Positions 1 to 15,660 of a stretch of 64,000 nt of DNA are shown piece after piece. Source of the stretch: Eledone cirrhosa (taxonomy: Eukaryota). Position numbers and translations under genes: made by a program. Below the pieces are notes generated by a model. The model was not told the DNA's origin and made no database searches. It saw only the letters and a list, made by a program, of their open reading frames with translations. The stretch is taken from the NCBI GenBank assembly GCA_964016885.1, contig OZ024741.1, positions 376,278,001 through 376,342,000 of the forward strand, read 5' to 3'. Every line of letters begins with the position of its first letter. Position 1 is the first letter of the stretch.

Positions 1-1020
1 ATAACCTAGTGTTCCCATGAGAAAGTTACACATTGGTGACTGGCGCGAATAAGACCTCCAAAACTGCAATGCGATGAGAGGAACGATTAAGAGATATACA
101 ACATCATCAGTCCCACGAATTAGCAAGGGACGTGTTCAGGCCTTAGTTAGAAGAGCCTGTTCTTAAAATATATTGTAGTCTCCATTTTATGGCGCAAAAA
201 CTGGCGATAGGCTTGTGGCCTGTCCCGGAAGGCGTGAGATGGATGCACAAAGATTCCGTATCCCGAGACCCAAAAGAGGGTTTAGAAGGGCGCGAACCTT
301 GACAATTGGAACTTGGAACATCCCAACCCTTACAGATAAGAAGTAGGAACTAGTGGAGGAGGCTAGATGCTACCGGCTGGATACATTCGGGGTTTCTTCG
401 ACAGAGTTCCGAGGTTCTCATACTGTAGATTTGGACGGAGGATGGAAACTCCACTATTCAGGTGTGGAGCCGAAAATGACTGCATACGTAGGAGTGGGGA
501 CACTCAAAAGCTACCGGCTATCAGAATGTATTATGGACTGGATCCCATTAAAAGGGTGGATTTGCCTTATGAAGCTTAGCCTGCCAGATATTTTTCTGTA
601 GGTGATGCGCGTTTATGCACCAAGCAAGGAGTTGTTATATAGCTCCTTATTTGATGAAGTCACTGCAGCGTTGGATATAGGTAAGACAGCCATATATCCT
701 GATGGGAGACTTCAATGCATATATTAGTACTGATCACCTGATATGGAAGGGAGTGATTGGAAGGAAAGATTAACCCGATCTAAATACAGAGAGGCCTTAA
801 GACCTTCGTTCTAGCTTTGAACTCTCTATTATGAACACCGCGTTCCAGTACAGATACATCCATAATGGGAAGCAGGGACAGAGATCAATAATTGATTTTG
901 GTATTGTCTCTGATCTCTTCGATTCTCTGCTGGATGTTTGAGTTCAGAGAGGGACTGACCTGTCAATTGATAATCATCTAGATAAATATTTGAAACTTGT
1001 GACCAGCTAAAGCTGGAGAC
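1..1020 (+). mobile_element. Decayed RTE-clade LINE 5' fragment (AP-endonuclease domain)
   Basis: From ~292 the sequence reads RTLTIGTWNI...ELVEEARCYRLD...GWKLHYSGV, later VYAP and (L)MGDFNA. These are APE motifs of RTE LINEs, interrupted by stops and frameshifts. Boundaries approximate. Confidence 0.75.
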
Positions 1021-1899
1021 CACCGACTGCACATTAATAAGAGCCGTAAAAACAAAAACAACAATACCAATTGCAATGTTAAGCGTAACATGCATAGTAC
1101 GTAAAATGCAATCTAGATATATACATAGAAAATATATTTATTTATAGAGTGTTTGAAAGAATATCTGCATACTATAGATCTGCTATATTTGGCTTTCTAA
1201 CACAGCACATTCATTTTGTGTGATACGTTGATTAACAGAAAACAATATTGAGTTCAAATCTACGCATAAACTTTTATTCATCTTATGATGCGCATGTTAT
1301 TGGTTGCAATCACGGCTTCTTGAAAAATGTAGACGTCCTAAGTAATATGAACTAGCGTTTCGCAGAAAATGAACTATCGAAGCTGATTTTCACAGAGCAA
1401 ACGCCTTACACTGCGATACTTGATTTAATAGTAGTATTTGCTTGTAATCCGATGCGACATTTGTTGAAAAAGTGAGTTTTGTTTCAGTACATTAGTAGGA
1501 GAATTCCATTATTTAATCTTAATATTTATTTTAAATATCAGAAATCTAACATGTCTTTAGAAAATCAATCTTAAGATACATAAAAACATTCTATAAAGAG
1601 GAAAGAGTTAAGTTAACTTAATCTTATAAGTCTTTGTCTATTTTGACGTTAGAAATTGATTTGCCCAATTCAGTTTCATCTCTGGAATAAAGATTTATCG
1701 ACAGGCTATTCACCTAAGACCATAACAGGTCTGTCAGGCCATGTGCAACGATTATGATGCCTGTTGTGATCTTAGAAGTATATTTCAAGTATTAGTTTTT
1801 GTTATTAATCAGTTTTGACAAAAACGGAGCAGACAGTAATTTCATACATGATGAGTAATCGCTGATCATAACGTACATTGAATCAAGAAGTGTTCGCAT

Positions 1900-2247
<348 letters not shown>

Positions 2248-2538
2248 TATGAAAACACACAAACTTCTATGTGCATACAAGTATATATGCAGTATTCGTT
2301 CCGCAAGAACTACCTTCTCAGTTCGAACCGTGTCGAAGTAAAGTTTGCCTTTCCACATATCGTGATCGTTGAATAAATACCCCTCTAAAGCTGGCATCAA
2401 ACATTCTTCATCCTCTCATTCTCACTTTTCTTTCTCTCCCTTCCTCTCTAGATGATATCAGCTGTCAGACCTGAAGCAGTATGTTTTCCACCAGATACCG
2501 ACGTCCAACCTGAGGGACGAACGATTATATATATATAG

Positions 2539-2592
<54 letters not shown>

Positions 2593-2777
2593 CAGATAGG
2601 GTTGGTAAAATACCAGGTGGACCATAACCCACCACAGTACTCCACTACTTGGGGTAGTAGATTGGGTAATATGAAAAAATTCAGGACCCCGACAGTTAGT
2701 ATTAATGGCGCTTTAGCTCGGATCTAGCTGTCGAAACGGCCGGAGCTCATCTGTCGGGGTCCTGAATATTTTCATAT
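2593..2777 (-). mobile_element. Short fold-back element, PLE pLTR-end-like (family S, diverged copy)
   Basis: Arms atatgaaaaaattcaggaccccgacag (2669-2695) and ctgtcggggtcctgaatattttcatat (2751-2777), plus a tail homologous to the copies at 4678, 18780, 19222, 44305 and 48321. Confidence 0.6.
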
Positions 2778-2780
2778 CTC

Positions 2781-4650
<1,870 letters not shown>

Positions 4651-4677
4651 TATATCTATATATATATATATATATAT

Positions 4678-4823
4678 AGGAACAAGTATGACCCCGACGG
4701 CAGAGCTTAAGCCGTTTCGACGACGTCGGGGTTATAGTTGTTCCTATTACCCACTCTACTATCCTAAGTATTGAGTACTTTGGTGCGTTATGGCCCATCT
4801 GGTTCCTTACCACAATTCCTTCG

Positions 4824-4825
<2 letters not shown>
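4678..4825 (+). mobile_element. Short fold-back element, family S
   Basis: ggaacaagtatgaccccgacg...cgtcggggttatagttgttcc hairpin, then tail tattacccactctac...ttccttcgtt; (TA)n on both sides. Confidence 0.7.
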
Positions 4826-4856
<31 letters not shown>

Positions 4857-4991
4857 ACAGTGTAAACATGAAATATAAGTATATATATGATAATAATGGA
4901 GCTGCGGCGTTGCAAATGGGTTACATATGAAAAAGTAAGTCCTTCATCAGTGGCCTTCCAACCGTCCTAGGCATTTCATCGCTTTAAAGGC

Positions 4992-5281
4992 CATATACCT
5001 CAGGTTTGTGCGAACAACGGCTAAAAAAAGTCGTTGGGACACGTAAATAAAGGGGACGCTAGGGTGAACAAACAAAATGGTTTAAGCAACAGAAAGTGAG
5101 AAGAAAGAGACAAGTCCCAGATTTCTATGAATATAAACTCGGTGAAATCGTGAACGAGAGAATAAAGACCATCAAACCTGGTTGAAATGTGAGCAAGGAA
5201 GGAATTTCGCACAAGTCTAACGGGGGGAAGAAGAAGGGGTCTGGTCTGCGAATTCGGTAAACATACGTTCTGTGAAGTCGC

Positions 5282-5379
<98 letters not shown>

Positions 5380-5622
5380 AAATTCATACCGGCTTGGCCA
5401 TTATTATCATATTTACACATATATTTTTTCCTCTGCTGCCACCCGTCTGTTTCGTTCTTTGTATCTTTACCCTTTCTAGCAGTCTCTCTCTCTCTGTTAG
5501 CCTCTTCCTCAACTTTCACTCACTCATTCTCTGTCACTACATCTCCTCCTCCTCCTCTTTCTTCCCGTTTGACCTGTCCGAATTCTTTTCTCGCGAGCTC
5601 TTGGCCAAGCCGGTATGAATTT

Positions 5623-5672
<50 letters not shown>

Positions 5673-5984
5673 TCTCTCTCTCTCGTCTGCGACTTCACAG
5701 AACTTATGTTTACCGAATTCGCAGACCAGACCCCTTCTTCTTCCCCCCCCCCTCGTTAGACCTGTGCGAAATTCCTTCCTTGCTCATATTTCAACCAGGT
5801 TTGATGGTCTTTATTCTCTCGTTCACGATTTCACCGAGTTTATATTCATAGAAATCTGGGACTTGTCTCTTTCTTCTCACTTTCTGTTGCTTAAACCATT
5901 TTGTTTGTTCACCCTAGCGTCCCCTTTATTTACGTGTCCCAACGACTTTTTTTAGCCGTTGTTCGCACAAACCTGAGGTATATG
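4992..5984. mobile_element. MITE-like fold-back element with ~400-bp inverted arms containing (AG)n/(CT)n
   Basis: 4992-5400 is the near-perfect reverse complement of 5602-5984 (catatacctcaggtttgtgcgaac...gttcgcacaaacctgaggtatatg), with a ~200-bp spacer. TA-flanked TAC... termini are compatible with Tc1/mariner-type MITEs. Confidence 0.7.
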
Positions 5985-7069
5985 AATCTTTTAAATATTA
6001 TGGTTAGCAAGATATTTGCATAATGCCGTTTGTGGTTCGTGCAATGTTTCCTGTAAATCTACAATGTTTTGGCTTTTAAATTATTGAATTCAGCTCTGAG
6101 CTAATGACGTGTGTGAAGTGAATACTATGGGATCAGGCCAGGACACTTTAGGTTACAGGTCAAATCAACGTCTGAACTAAACAATTATAAACAAGCACAC
6201 GTACAAATATCGTTTTAGTAGTACTATGTTCAATAGACTGATGTCTGTATGAATTTAAGTAACTTTTTTTTTTCTTTTGGATTGGTGCAATGAAATGTTT
6301 GGTACAAGCAATAAGAACTCCAGCATTTTAAGTAAGAAAAACACTTGTCAAACGCTTCTATCATGCCCTTCATGTTGTTTTATTGGCACGAACATTTTAT
6401 TGAAGATTTTATTCGATCTTAATGATTTATGTGATGTTATATAATGGAGTCAGGTGTTGTAGAGATATAACTTTTGAAAATAGCATATATTTCTTTGAGT
6501 ATTTAAAATCTTACAACTCTCAGCAGCCTGTTTGGTATTGTTTAGATCTAAGACGAGACGCCATTGAAGGATATGAAAGAATGATATTCCCATCATAAGT
6601 TATATCATTCGTTTCTCAAACGTCGTGTAACTGGGACCCTGAATGTGGCAGAAGGAGTTACAATAACATTTTTACTACGGGCGGTATTGAGAGAAAGTAT
6701 CGATGAAACCGAAAGCAGATTTATCTTGCAAGATATATTCGTGCTAACTTGGCTCCAAAATAGCACAACAAAATCAGCCGATAAATGCGAGTAACCCTAA
6801 CTATTATGCTTCTTGTGTTGTGTTTCTGAACTTAAACACGCAGTTATAAAGGATTGAAATCGTATCCCAGGATTTCATGGTTGAAAATTCGAAGTAAGAC
6901 TACGACCCTATGGATGTCAGTTCGAATATTTATTTATTTATAAAATGGGTCATAAGCACCTTAGCCTAGATTTAATTCTAGCATCATTTTGATTATTCGA
7001 ATTACTCACCACTCTAGGCTTGCGATTTTAAAATTCTATGTACAATCTGAACTCAGAACGCAATGTGCT

Positions 7070-7410
7070 ACATATATATGTATGGTCTCGTAGCTCCGAA
7101 GGGAGACGTATGGGCGTGGTATTAACATATGGCGTTTCTACGGCATTATTTTAAATCTGACAGAAACTATCTCCTCTCGAGGTCTGAATACAGCAGATTT
7201 CTTCCAGAGAACAATAGAAAGTAAAAGAGAGGAAGTGTGAAAGAGATATGGAGGGGGAATCGACTCCATTGCTCGGGTGGTACCTTTTTCTATCACCCTG
7301 AATGGATGAAAGGCAAAGTTGACTTCGGTATGATTAGGACTCAGAGACCAGAGAGCCGGAACTAATATCGCAAAACATTCTATCTAATAACTCTGTCAAT
7401 TCTTCGCCTT
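7070..7410 (-). mobile_element. tRNA-derived SINE, subfamily with long 3' tail (diverged)
   Basis: Core ggatgaaaggcaaagttgacttcgg; the tail is homologous to 15525-15660 (gaagaaatctgctgta...). Confidence 0.6.
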
Positions 7411-7560
7411 TGAGCTAGGTATATAATGGCCTAACAAATTCCACTACTTCATACCACGATTTATTTATAAACATAGAAAGGATAAAAGGCAGGATTCGAA
7501 CTGCAAGAGCAGATATCAGAAACACCGCAAGGGAGTTTATGCTTATTCTGCCAATCATGT

Positions 7561-7630
<70 letters not shown>

Positions 7631-7712
7631 TGTGTGTGTGTGTGTGTGCGGTTGTGTGTGTGTCTGTATGTTTGTGTGTGTTTGTTAGTATGTGTGTATG
7701 TGTGTGCGTGTG

Positions 7713-7743
<31 letters not shown>

Positions 7744-8046
7744 TCCTGAGGCTTTCTATTCTAAGGGCGTAATTTATTGAATACGCTATTACTATCCATA
7801 CTTACATATATTCAATAAGAAACCAGATTAACGGACACTCACACATTGGAAGATTACAAGCAAATCAATTGTAGATAAAGAATCGTATACAAACGTATAG
7901 ATAAATACAAAATCAGTTTACATATTATGTGTAAAAATATATACATATTTTACTCTATGTACATTAATTCCTATATACAGTGGAGTAAACATGAATATGA
8001 AATACACACACACAAAGACTCACACACATAAATACAGCCCACCCCA

Positions 8047-8138
<92 letters not shown>

Positions 8139-8152
8139 CATATATATATATA

Positions 8153-8227
<75 letters not shown>

Positions 8228-8241
8228 CATATATATATATA

Positions 8242-8331
<90 letters not shown>

Positions 8332-8378
8332 ATTCTCTGGGAGGGTCATGTTGCCAATAGATATATATATATATATAT

Positions 8379-8452
<74 letters not shown>

Positions 8453-9052
8453 TTGCGCAGAGAGTTAGATATGGTTTTCTTCTGTAAACATGCAAATATT
8501 CACAACTACTTACGTGAGTTATTTATGTGAATATACTTGTTTATTGGTTAGTCTGCGCGTCAAAATGGTCATTTCATATATATACGTTTCGGTGGTGTGT
8601 ATTCCGTCAGGATGAACAATAACTTGTGTGCTTACCAACGATACTGTAAGCCTATCACGTATATAGTTGCAATAGAAATGAAATCCTATCGTTCATATCT
8701 TTCACAGTTTACATAAATTGTGATGGACACATGATAAACAAACAATGTTTTCGAAGTGGCATAATAATAATAGAATAGCTATGGGCAATGTAACGAGGTT
8801 TGTTTGGGTAAAATAACAAAGAAAATAATGTGTCCCGACTAATGAAAGAATTGGCTATTGAAAAGCTTCCAAATTCAATACAGTATATAGCATCCTCAGG
8901 TTTTTGAATAGAAACATACACCATATATTTGTAAATAAGAAGAAGGATAGCTTTCCATTGTTTAATAGAGAAATGTAACCTAATCGTATCGATAAGTTCT
9001 GCGAATAAACGAAGTTTCAAATCTTGACATATGTACTGTATTCAGCCAATGG

Positions 9053-9280
9053 TTAACCCTTTAGTGTTTCCATTGCTCTATATTTACTATTATATTTTCA
9101 TGGTAAAGACTTTATCTCACATAATTATCCCACATAGTATCGAATCTATGAAATTTTGATGTTATTTATTTGAGAAAAACACCTTAACAGTAGTATGAGT
9201 GGCCGGATACGGCTAGTTTGAACAGAATGAAGTGAGAGAATTCTGCCTGGATACGGCCGGTTTAAATGCTAAAGGGGTAA
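9053..9280. mobile_element. piggyBac-type MITE (TTAA|CCCTT termini)
   Basis: ttaaccctttag...ctaaaggggtaa; a related internal fragment lies at ~24430-24557. Confidence 0.55.
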
Positions 9281-9721
9281 ATCGCAGTGAACGTAGTTCA
9301 ACTAGTTTTAAATAGATTTCATACGTACCAGACTAAATGTATAGTATACTTGTCACGTTATTATGTTTCTTTGATCTTGTCATCCTTTTGACAGAACCGT
9401 AGTGGATGGTCTATATGAATGTGGATCACCTGTGACGCTCTTCCCTCTTTCTCCATTCTTTAATCTCTCGCATACGGTCTCTTTCTCCATCTGCCTACAT
9501 CAATTCTGACACAACAAATCCAATTAATTTGGTGCAATGCATTGATTGACAGCAAACAATATTCAGTTCATATCTAGTCCTAAATCTGTATTCATCTGAA
9601 AATGGAGTTGATATAGGCCGCATGCATAACTCTGTAAATTGTTATCATACTTTCTTTGCAACAGTATTTCTCCTCATACATTATGTAAATGTATATATAC
9701 ATACATATATATATATATATG

Positions 9722-9755
<34 letters not shown>

Positions 9756-9913
9756 CCCCCCCCCCACACACACATATTTATGTGTATATATATATATATA
9801 TATTCTTTGTCATATGTTAATTGTTTCTTAAATTTTAAAGACGAAATGCATTGAAGGCACCGTGCAATATTTCACGTACAGTCAACGATTTGAAAGATGT
9901 CATCATTTGTATG

Positions 9914-9956
<43 letters not shown>

Positions 9957-9958
9957 TG

Positions 9959-9998
<40 letters not shown>

Positions 9999-10821
9999 GG
10001 TATTGAAGTTTCCGTTTGAATTGGAAAAGTCATAGGAGTGAAGAGTGCTCTATGTAGGTACCAGAGCAAAATTTTATGTATAATAAACAATACAATATAA
10101 TTACCTCATTACCAGAGGTTTCCCGAATAAGACGAATACGAAAGAAACGTCCTCATTCGTTCGTCGGACAAGGCAATGTAAAACATAGTGAAACAATTTG
10201 GAAAGTCTCCTCAAGAAATGAAAAAAAATATATATATATATAAATAAAGGAAACGCAATAGACATATAACATATATAAAAAAAATATAAGGAAATATAGT
10301 TAGGTGTGTGTATATGTATGTATATACACTCACAAATGTACATATGTATGTATGTACAAATGCGTGTGTATGGTGAAAATGTGTGCGTAAGTACATATAT
10401 GAGGGCAAGTATATTTGTGTATATGTAACCACAAATACGGATATAATCTAGTTGACACGAATCCAGACGCAGGTATTAGATACTTATATGCGGAAGATAA
10501 AGGGGGAAGGGAGTGTAATAGTTAAAAGAAAGTGTCATTCTCGATATATGTATAAAAATTAAACAATATGTGAGATTGAAAAAATATTTAAATGAAAGAG
10601 AAAGTAGTCAATTAACACTAGAGAAAAAAAAAGAAAAGAAAAGAAGATACACGCGTACATACACATATATCTATAAAAAACATATATCTATAAGAAAATA
10701 TATATATACACGCAATCCGTACAGACAAAAGCGTATGCATGCGTACATATTTACACAGGATGCACGTATACATATACATACATATCGTCCAATGTATATC
10801 TAATCACACGTACGTACGCGA

Positions 10822-10864
<43 letters not shown>

Positions 10865-11895
10865 CGCACACATACACATCCATACATACAATACATATAT
10901 ACACACATACACACAAACATATTCGCGGACATTGACCCGCTTACACGCACACACATAAAAATAAGAATGTAAAAAACAGATATAAAAACACAGATATAAA
11001 AACACACATACATACACACATATATACACGCACGCACACGCGCATACGGAGGCGTTCGTGTACATATACAGAACGTATACACACATAAAGACGCTCAAAA
11101 GCAGCCTTATGAATAAATGAATACAAATATAAAAATATAAAAATATAAAAATGACTTCGAAATAACAGAAAATATCTGGAATGGAAAACGCAAGTGACCT
11201 GTTTAATCAGGTAGTAAAGAAAATAGGGAACTAAAAATTGGAAAGTGAAGATATTAGGTAAGTGAATCGAATGAAATCACACTTGCTTTCCAGCTCATAT
11301 AAACTTAACACACTTTCAGATACTTATCCTCCATAAGCTCTTATTCTTCACTTAAATTATTCTCTTTAAAAACTACTCTTTCTGATTTACATTCATTTTT
11401 AACCTTATTATTAATTTTAATTTTATTTTTATTTTTATTTTTATTTTTATTTTTACTTCACCTCCGCCAGTAACTTTTATCCTTCGATTCACTTACCTAA
11501 TATCTTCACTTTCCACTTTTTACTTCCCTATTTTTCTTTACTACCTGATTAAACGGTCACTTGCGTCTTCCACTCCAGATATTTTCTGTTATTTCGCAGC
11601 CATTTTTATATTTTTATATTTTTATATTTGTATTCATTTATTCACAAGGCTGCTTTTGAGTATCTTTATGTGTGTATACGTTCTGTATATGTACACGAAC
11701 GCCTCCGTATGCGCGTGTGCGTGCGTGCGTGTATATATATGTGTATGTATGTGTGTTTTTATATGTGTGTTTTTATATCTATGCTTTTTACATTCTTATT
11801 TTTATGTGTGTGCGTGTAAGCGGGTCAATGTCCGTGAATATGTTTGTGTGTATGTGTGTATATATGTATTGTATGTATCGATGTGTATGTGTGCG

Positions 11896-11930
<35 letters not shown>

Positions 11931-12173
11931 TCGCGTACGTACGTGTGATTAGATATACATGGGATGATATGTATATGTATACGTGCATCCTGTGTAAGTA
12001 TGTACGCATGCATACGCTTTTGTCTGTACGTATTGCGCGTATATTTTCTTATAGATATATGTTTTTTATAGATATATGTGTATGTACGCGTGTATCTTCT
12101 TTTCTTTTCTTTTCTCTAGTGTTAATTGACTACTTTCTCTTTTATTTAAATATTTTTTTCTTTCTCACATATT

Positions 12174-12340
12174 TGTTTCTACGTTTGGCACAAGGCCAGC
12201 AATCACCCAGTGTATTACTGCTACTTTATTTTATCGACCCCGTAAGGATGAAAGGCAAAGTTAACCTCGACGGGATTTGAACTCAGATCGTAAAGGGACG
12301 TAACTATGCTGGAAAGCATGGCGTCCGGCCTTCTACCGAT
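12174..12340 (-). mobile_element. tRNA-derived SINE with 9-bp TSD, inserted in the right arm of the inverted repeat
   Basis: TSD tcacatatt (12165-12173 and 12341-12349); the empty site is preserved in the left arm (10565-10573). Confidence 0.85.
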
Positions 12341-12740
12341 TCACATATTGTTTAATTTTTATACATATATCGAGAATGACACTTTCTTTTAACTATTACA
12401 ATCCCTTCCCCCTTTATCTTCCGCATATAAGTATCTAATACCTGCGTCTGGATTCGTGTCAACTAGATTATATCCGTATTTGTGGTTACATATACACAAA
12501 TATACTTGCCCTCATATATGTACTTACGCACATATTTTCACCATACACACGCATTTGTACATACATACATATGTACATTTGTGAGTGTATATACATACAT
12601 ATACACACACCTAACTATATTTCCTTATATCTTTTATATATTTTATATGTCTATTGCATTTCCTTTATTTATATATATATATTTTTTTTGCATTTCTTGA
12701 GGAGACTTTCCAAAAATGTTTCACTATGTTTTATATTGCC

Positions 12741-12813
12741 TTGTCCGACGAACGAATGAGGACGTTTCTTTCGTATTCGTCTTATTCGGGAAACCTCTGC
12801 TAATGAGGTAATT
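12741..12813 (+). ncRNA. Type I hammerhead-like motif (second copy at 10102-10167, minus)
   Basis: CCGACGA, helix II cgaatgaggacg/cgtcttattcg, GAAA, helix III cctc/gagg, then TA (GUA triplet). Helix I is weak. Confidence 0.5.
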
Positions 12814-12834
12814 ATATTGTATTGTTTATTATAC

Positions 12835-12906
<72 letters not shown>

Positions 12907-13428
12907 TATATTTTAAATATATATGTATATAGATTTATATTTATATATATACTTCTTGAAATCTAGTTTTATACATACACCTACCATATTACAAAAGCCA
13001 CGTTAGTCAAGATTAAATGAATTGACATTGAAACAAAAAAACGCGCCTGAGTGCAGATTAATAATAGACGAGACAAGAAAGATGTTTTAAGATCATATAA
13101 GACAAGAGAAAAAAAATGATTATTTTTCGAAATTCTTCATGGGAAAAGTATTAATAAGTTAAAAAGAAACTTTAGGAAAAGCATGGGAAAATGTATTAAA
13201 GAATAATTTAATTTTAAACCTCAGACCGTTTTGTCGCTGACCATCAAACATTGAAAAGAAAATAGCAACTGCAGCACGTTTTATTATGAGACCATTAAGA
13301 GTGCCGACAGAGGAGAGTGTCATTCGTCTTTTACTGATGAAAGACAGGCATATAAATACTGACACATAAAAATGTATCCGATATAGAAACACTCAGGCTC
13401 ATAATATATATATATATATACACACACG

Positions 13429-13541
<113 letters not shown>

Positions 13542-13577
13542 ACACACACACACACATATATATACATATATATATAC

Positions 13578-13614
<37 letters not shown>

Positions 13615-15156
13615 CGTAGACAACAAGACACTCACATACACATCTACACAAATGCGTACAGATATTTATATAATACAAGAATGCATACAAACACGCGCAT
13701 ATATATACATAAGTATTCCTATATGTGCTTGTGTGATTTTTGTGTGATTGAATGCTTGGTTATAATAGTTTTTGTATAACTTTTGTAGACGAAATATAAT
13801 AGCTTTTGACATTAAGCAGTTTAGAAGTTCTAGACTAGTGGACAACTCCAGTGTAATCTCATCTTATAAATTATGTAACTTCGATTTTGTTTCTCTAAAC
13901 AAATTATCTACATCTTTATTTGTCTTTATGCCAAATGTGTCTCCCAAGGACAAACCACCCACAGATGCATATCTTATGAATGCCATTGTCTCCTTTGGCT
14001 AAAGCGTATGTCTTTATTTCATTATCTACATATCCAAAGTCTGTTACATTGTAACGAACTCATTTTTAATGTAAATCATCTGATTTGCTATTCACACAAC
14101 TTTTGTAATTACTACATGTCCGACCACACAACAATAACTCGACATATACGCCTATTTTCGTTTTGTTCAGATAAAATGATGCATAGTTCCAGAGTAAAAA
14201 AGAAAGTGGAAATGCCAATGTTATAACGGTTCATGACTTCTCTCATAGTTTTAACATCATAATTAAATGGAAAATTGCTTCAACATAGAAACAACATAAA
14301 TCATATGATTGTTACGTCCTCGTGGATCTTTAACATTATCTCTTCCACTTTCATTAGATTAAGAATATTAATATTATATTGAAAGGCTTACTACAGCACT
14401 AATCTAAAAACTAATGGATTCATCTGAACGAAACACAAAATACACAACTGCGCAGAAAGTTTGACGTTATCATAACTATTTTTAAATACATATGTGTAGG
14501 TGAATTGATTACTGGCACCCTCCAGTGAATACCAAGGAATAAGGTACACCACTAGAGTTAAATTTGCTTGACTTTGCCCCCTATTTAATCCTTATAAATC
14601 GAATTCACACAATACCAACTCATTGTTAAAGATATATAAAACATCAACAAGCCTATTACTGTTTTATATCTTCTTATAGCAACTTAAATATTATAACAAG
14701 GGATTTATAAGTTCAAACGTAATCATAGTTGTGTGAAGGTCCCTGCTCAAAACATTTAAATCTATTTCATATCTAAACTAAGTAGCGTACTTGCTTTGAA
14801 AATGATGTAATTAGTATAGCATGGCAATCTTTGACTACTTCCATGAGGCCCAGTAAAAGCTATCCCACATTGATGATAGTGCTGCAAACTCTACATTTTC
14901 AATGAGGTTACAAACATAACTCAAAGAAAGCTTCTACGTAGCTTCCCGCTAGAAGTAGCTGCCAGATATGCTTCAAAACATAGCATATCTTTCAAATGAG
15001 AAAGTAACGTTGTATAACGTAGTCATAAATGGCATAGATATGAAAAATGAAGACTCGATAATCACATTTGGAATGCCGTAGATCGTAATTAATTTCAGGC
15101 TACTTCGCGATGAAACAGCGTGTACCTGTTATGCCTCTGGCAGCCATTATTTTGAA

Positions 15157-15330
15157 AAGCGGTGGATTGGCAGTATCGGTAGAGGGTCGGAGGCCATGCT
15201 TTCCAGCATAGTTACGTCCCTTAACGATCTGAGTTCAAATCAGGCCGAGGTTGACTTTGCCTTTCATCCTTACGGGGTCGATAAAATAAAGTACTGGGAA
15301 ATTGCTGACCTTGTGCCTAAAGTAGAAACA
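15157..15330 (+). mobile_element. tRNA-derived SINE (octopus OR-like, with Deu/Nin-like central domain)
   Basis: A-box tggcagtatcgg, B-box gagttcaaatc, core gcctttcatccttacggggtcgataaa; 11-bp TSD attattttgaa. Confidence 0.85.
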
Positions 15331-15357
15331 ATTATTTTGAATGTGGCCTAATGTACT

Positions 15358-15660
15358 AGGCGGCGAAGTGGTAGAGTCGTTAGAACGTCAGATAGAAGGT
15401 TTTATGGTATTCATTCCGGCTCTCTGCTCTCAGAGTTCAAATTCCACCGAAGTCAATTTTGTCTTTCATCCGTTCGAGGTCGATAAAAGAATACCAGTCT
15501 AGTACTGGGGTCGATTTCCATTCTCTCTGGAAGAAATCTGCTGTACTCAGTCTGGAGAGGAATGAACTGCGCCCGGCTTAGAAAAATGCCCAAGAAACGC
15601 TGTATGTCAATACGGCGTCCCTACGACTCTAAGGAGTTACGGCACAATACATACATACAT
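15358..15660 (+). mobile_element. tRNA-derived SINE with alternative 3' tail ending in (TACA)n
   Basis: A/B boxes and shared core, then a different tail ending ...ggagttacggcacaatacatacatacat. Confidence 0.65.

Larger units (their letters stand above)
9999..12836 (-). mobile_element. Large inverted PLE-like pLTR pair (~1.2-kb arms) with HHR-like motifs
   Basis: 10076-11271 is the reverse complement of 11483-12836 once a SINE is removed. Only the left copy has an extra ~77-bp tail (9999-10075). Both outer ends abut (TA)n. Confidence 0.7.

Noticed and set aside
4930-4990. Minus-strand CTGATGA and GAAA as a hammerhead
   Set aside because: Order and flanking pairing do not give convincing helices.
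13330-13400. CTGATGA...GAAA hammerhead candidate
   Set aside because: Helices I and III do not pair adequately.
15157-15250. tRNA gene
   Set aside because: The A/B boxes belong to dispersed SINE heads; no cloverleaf.
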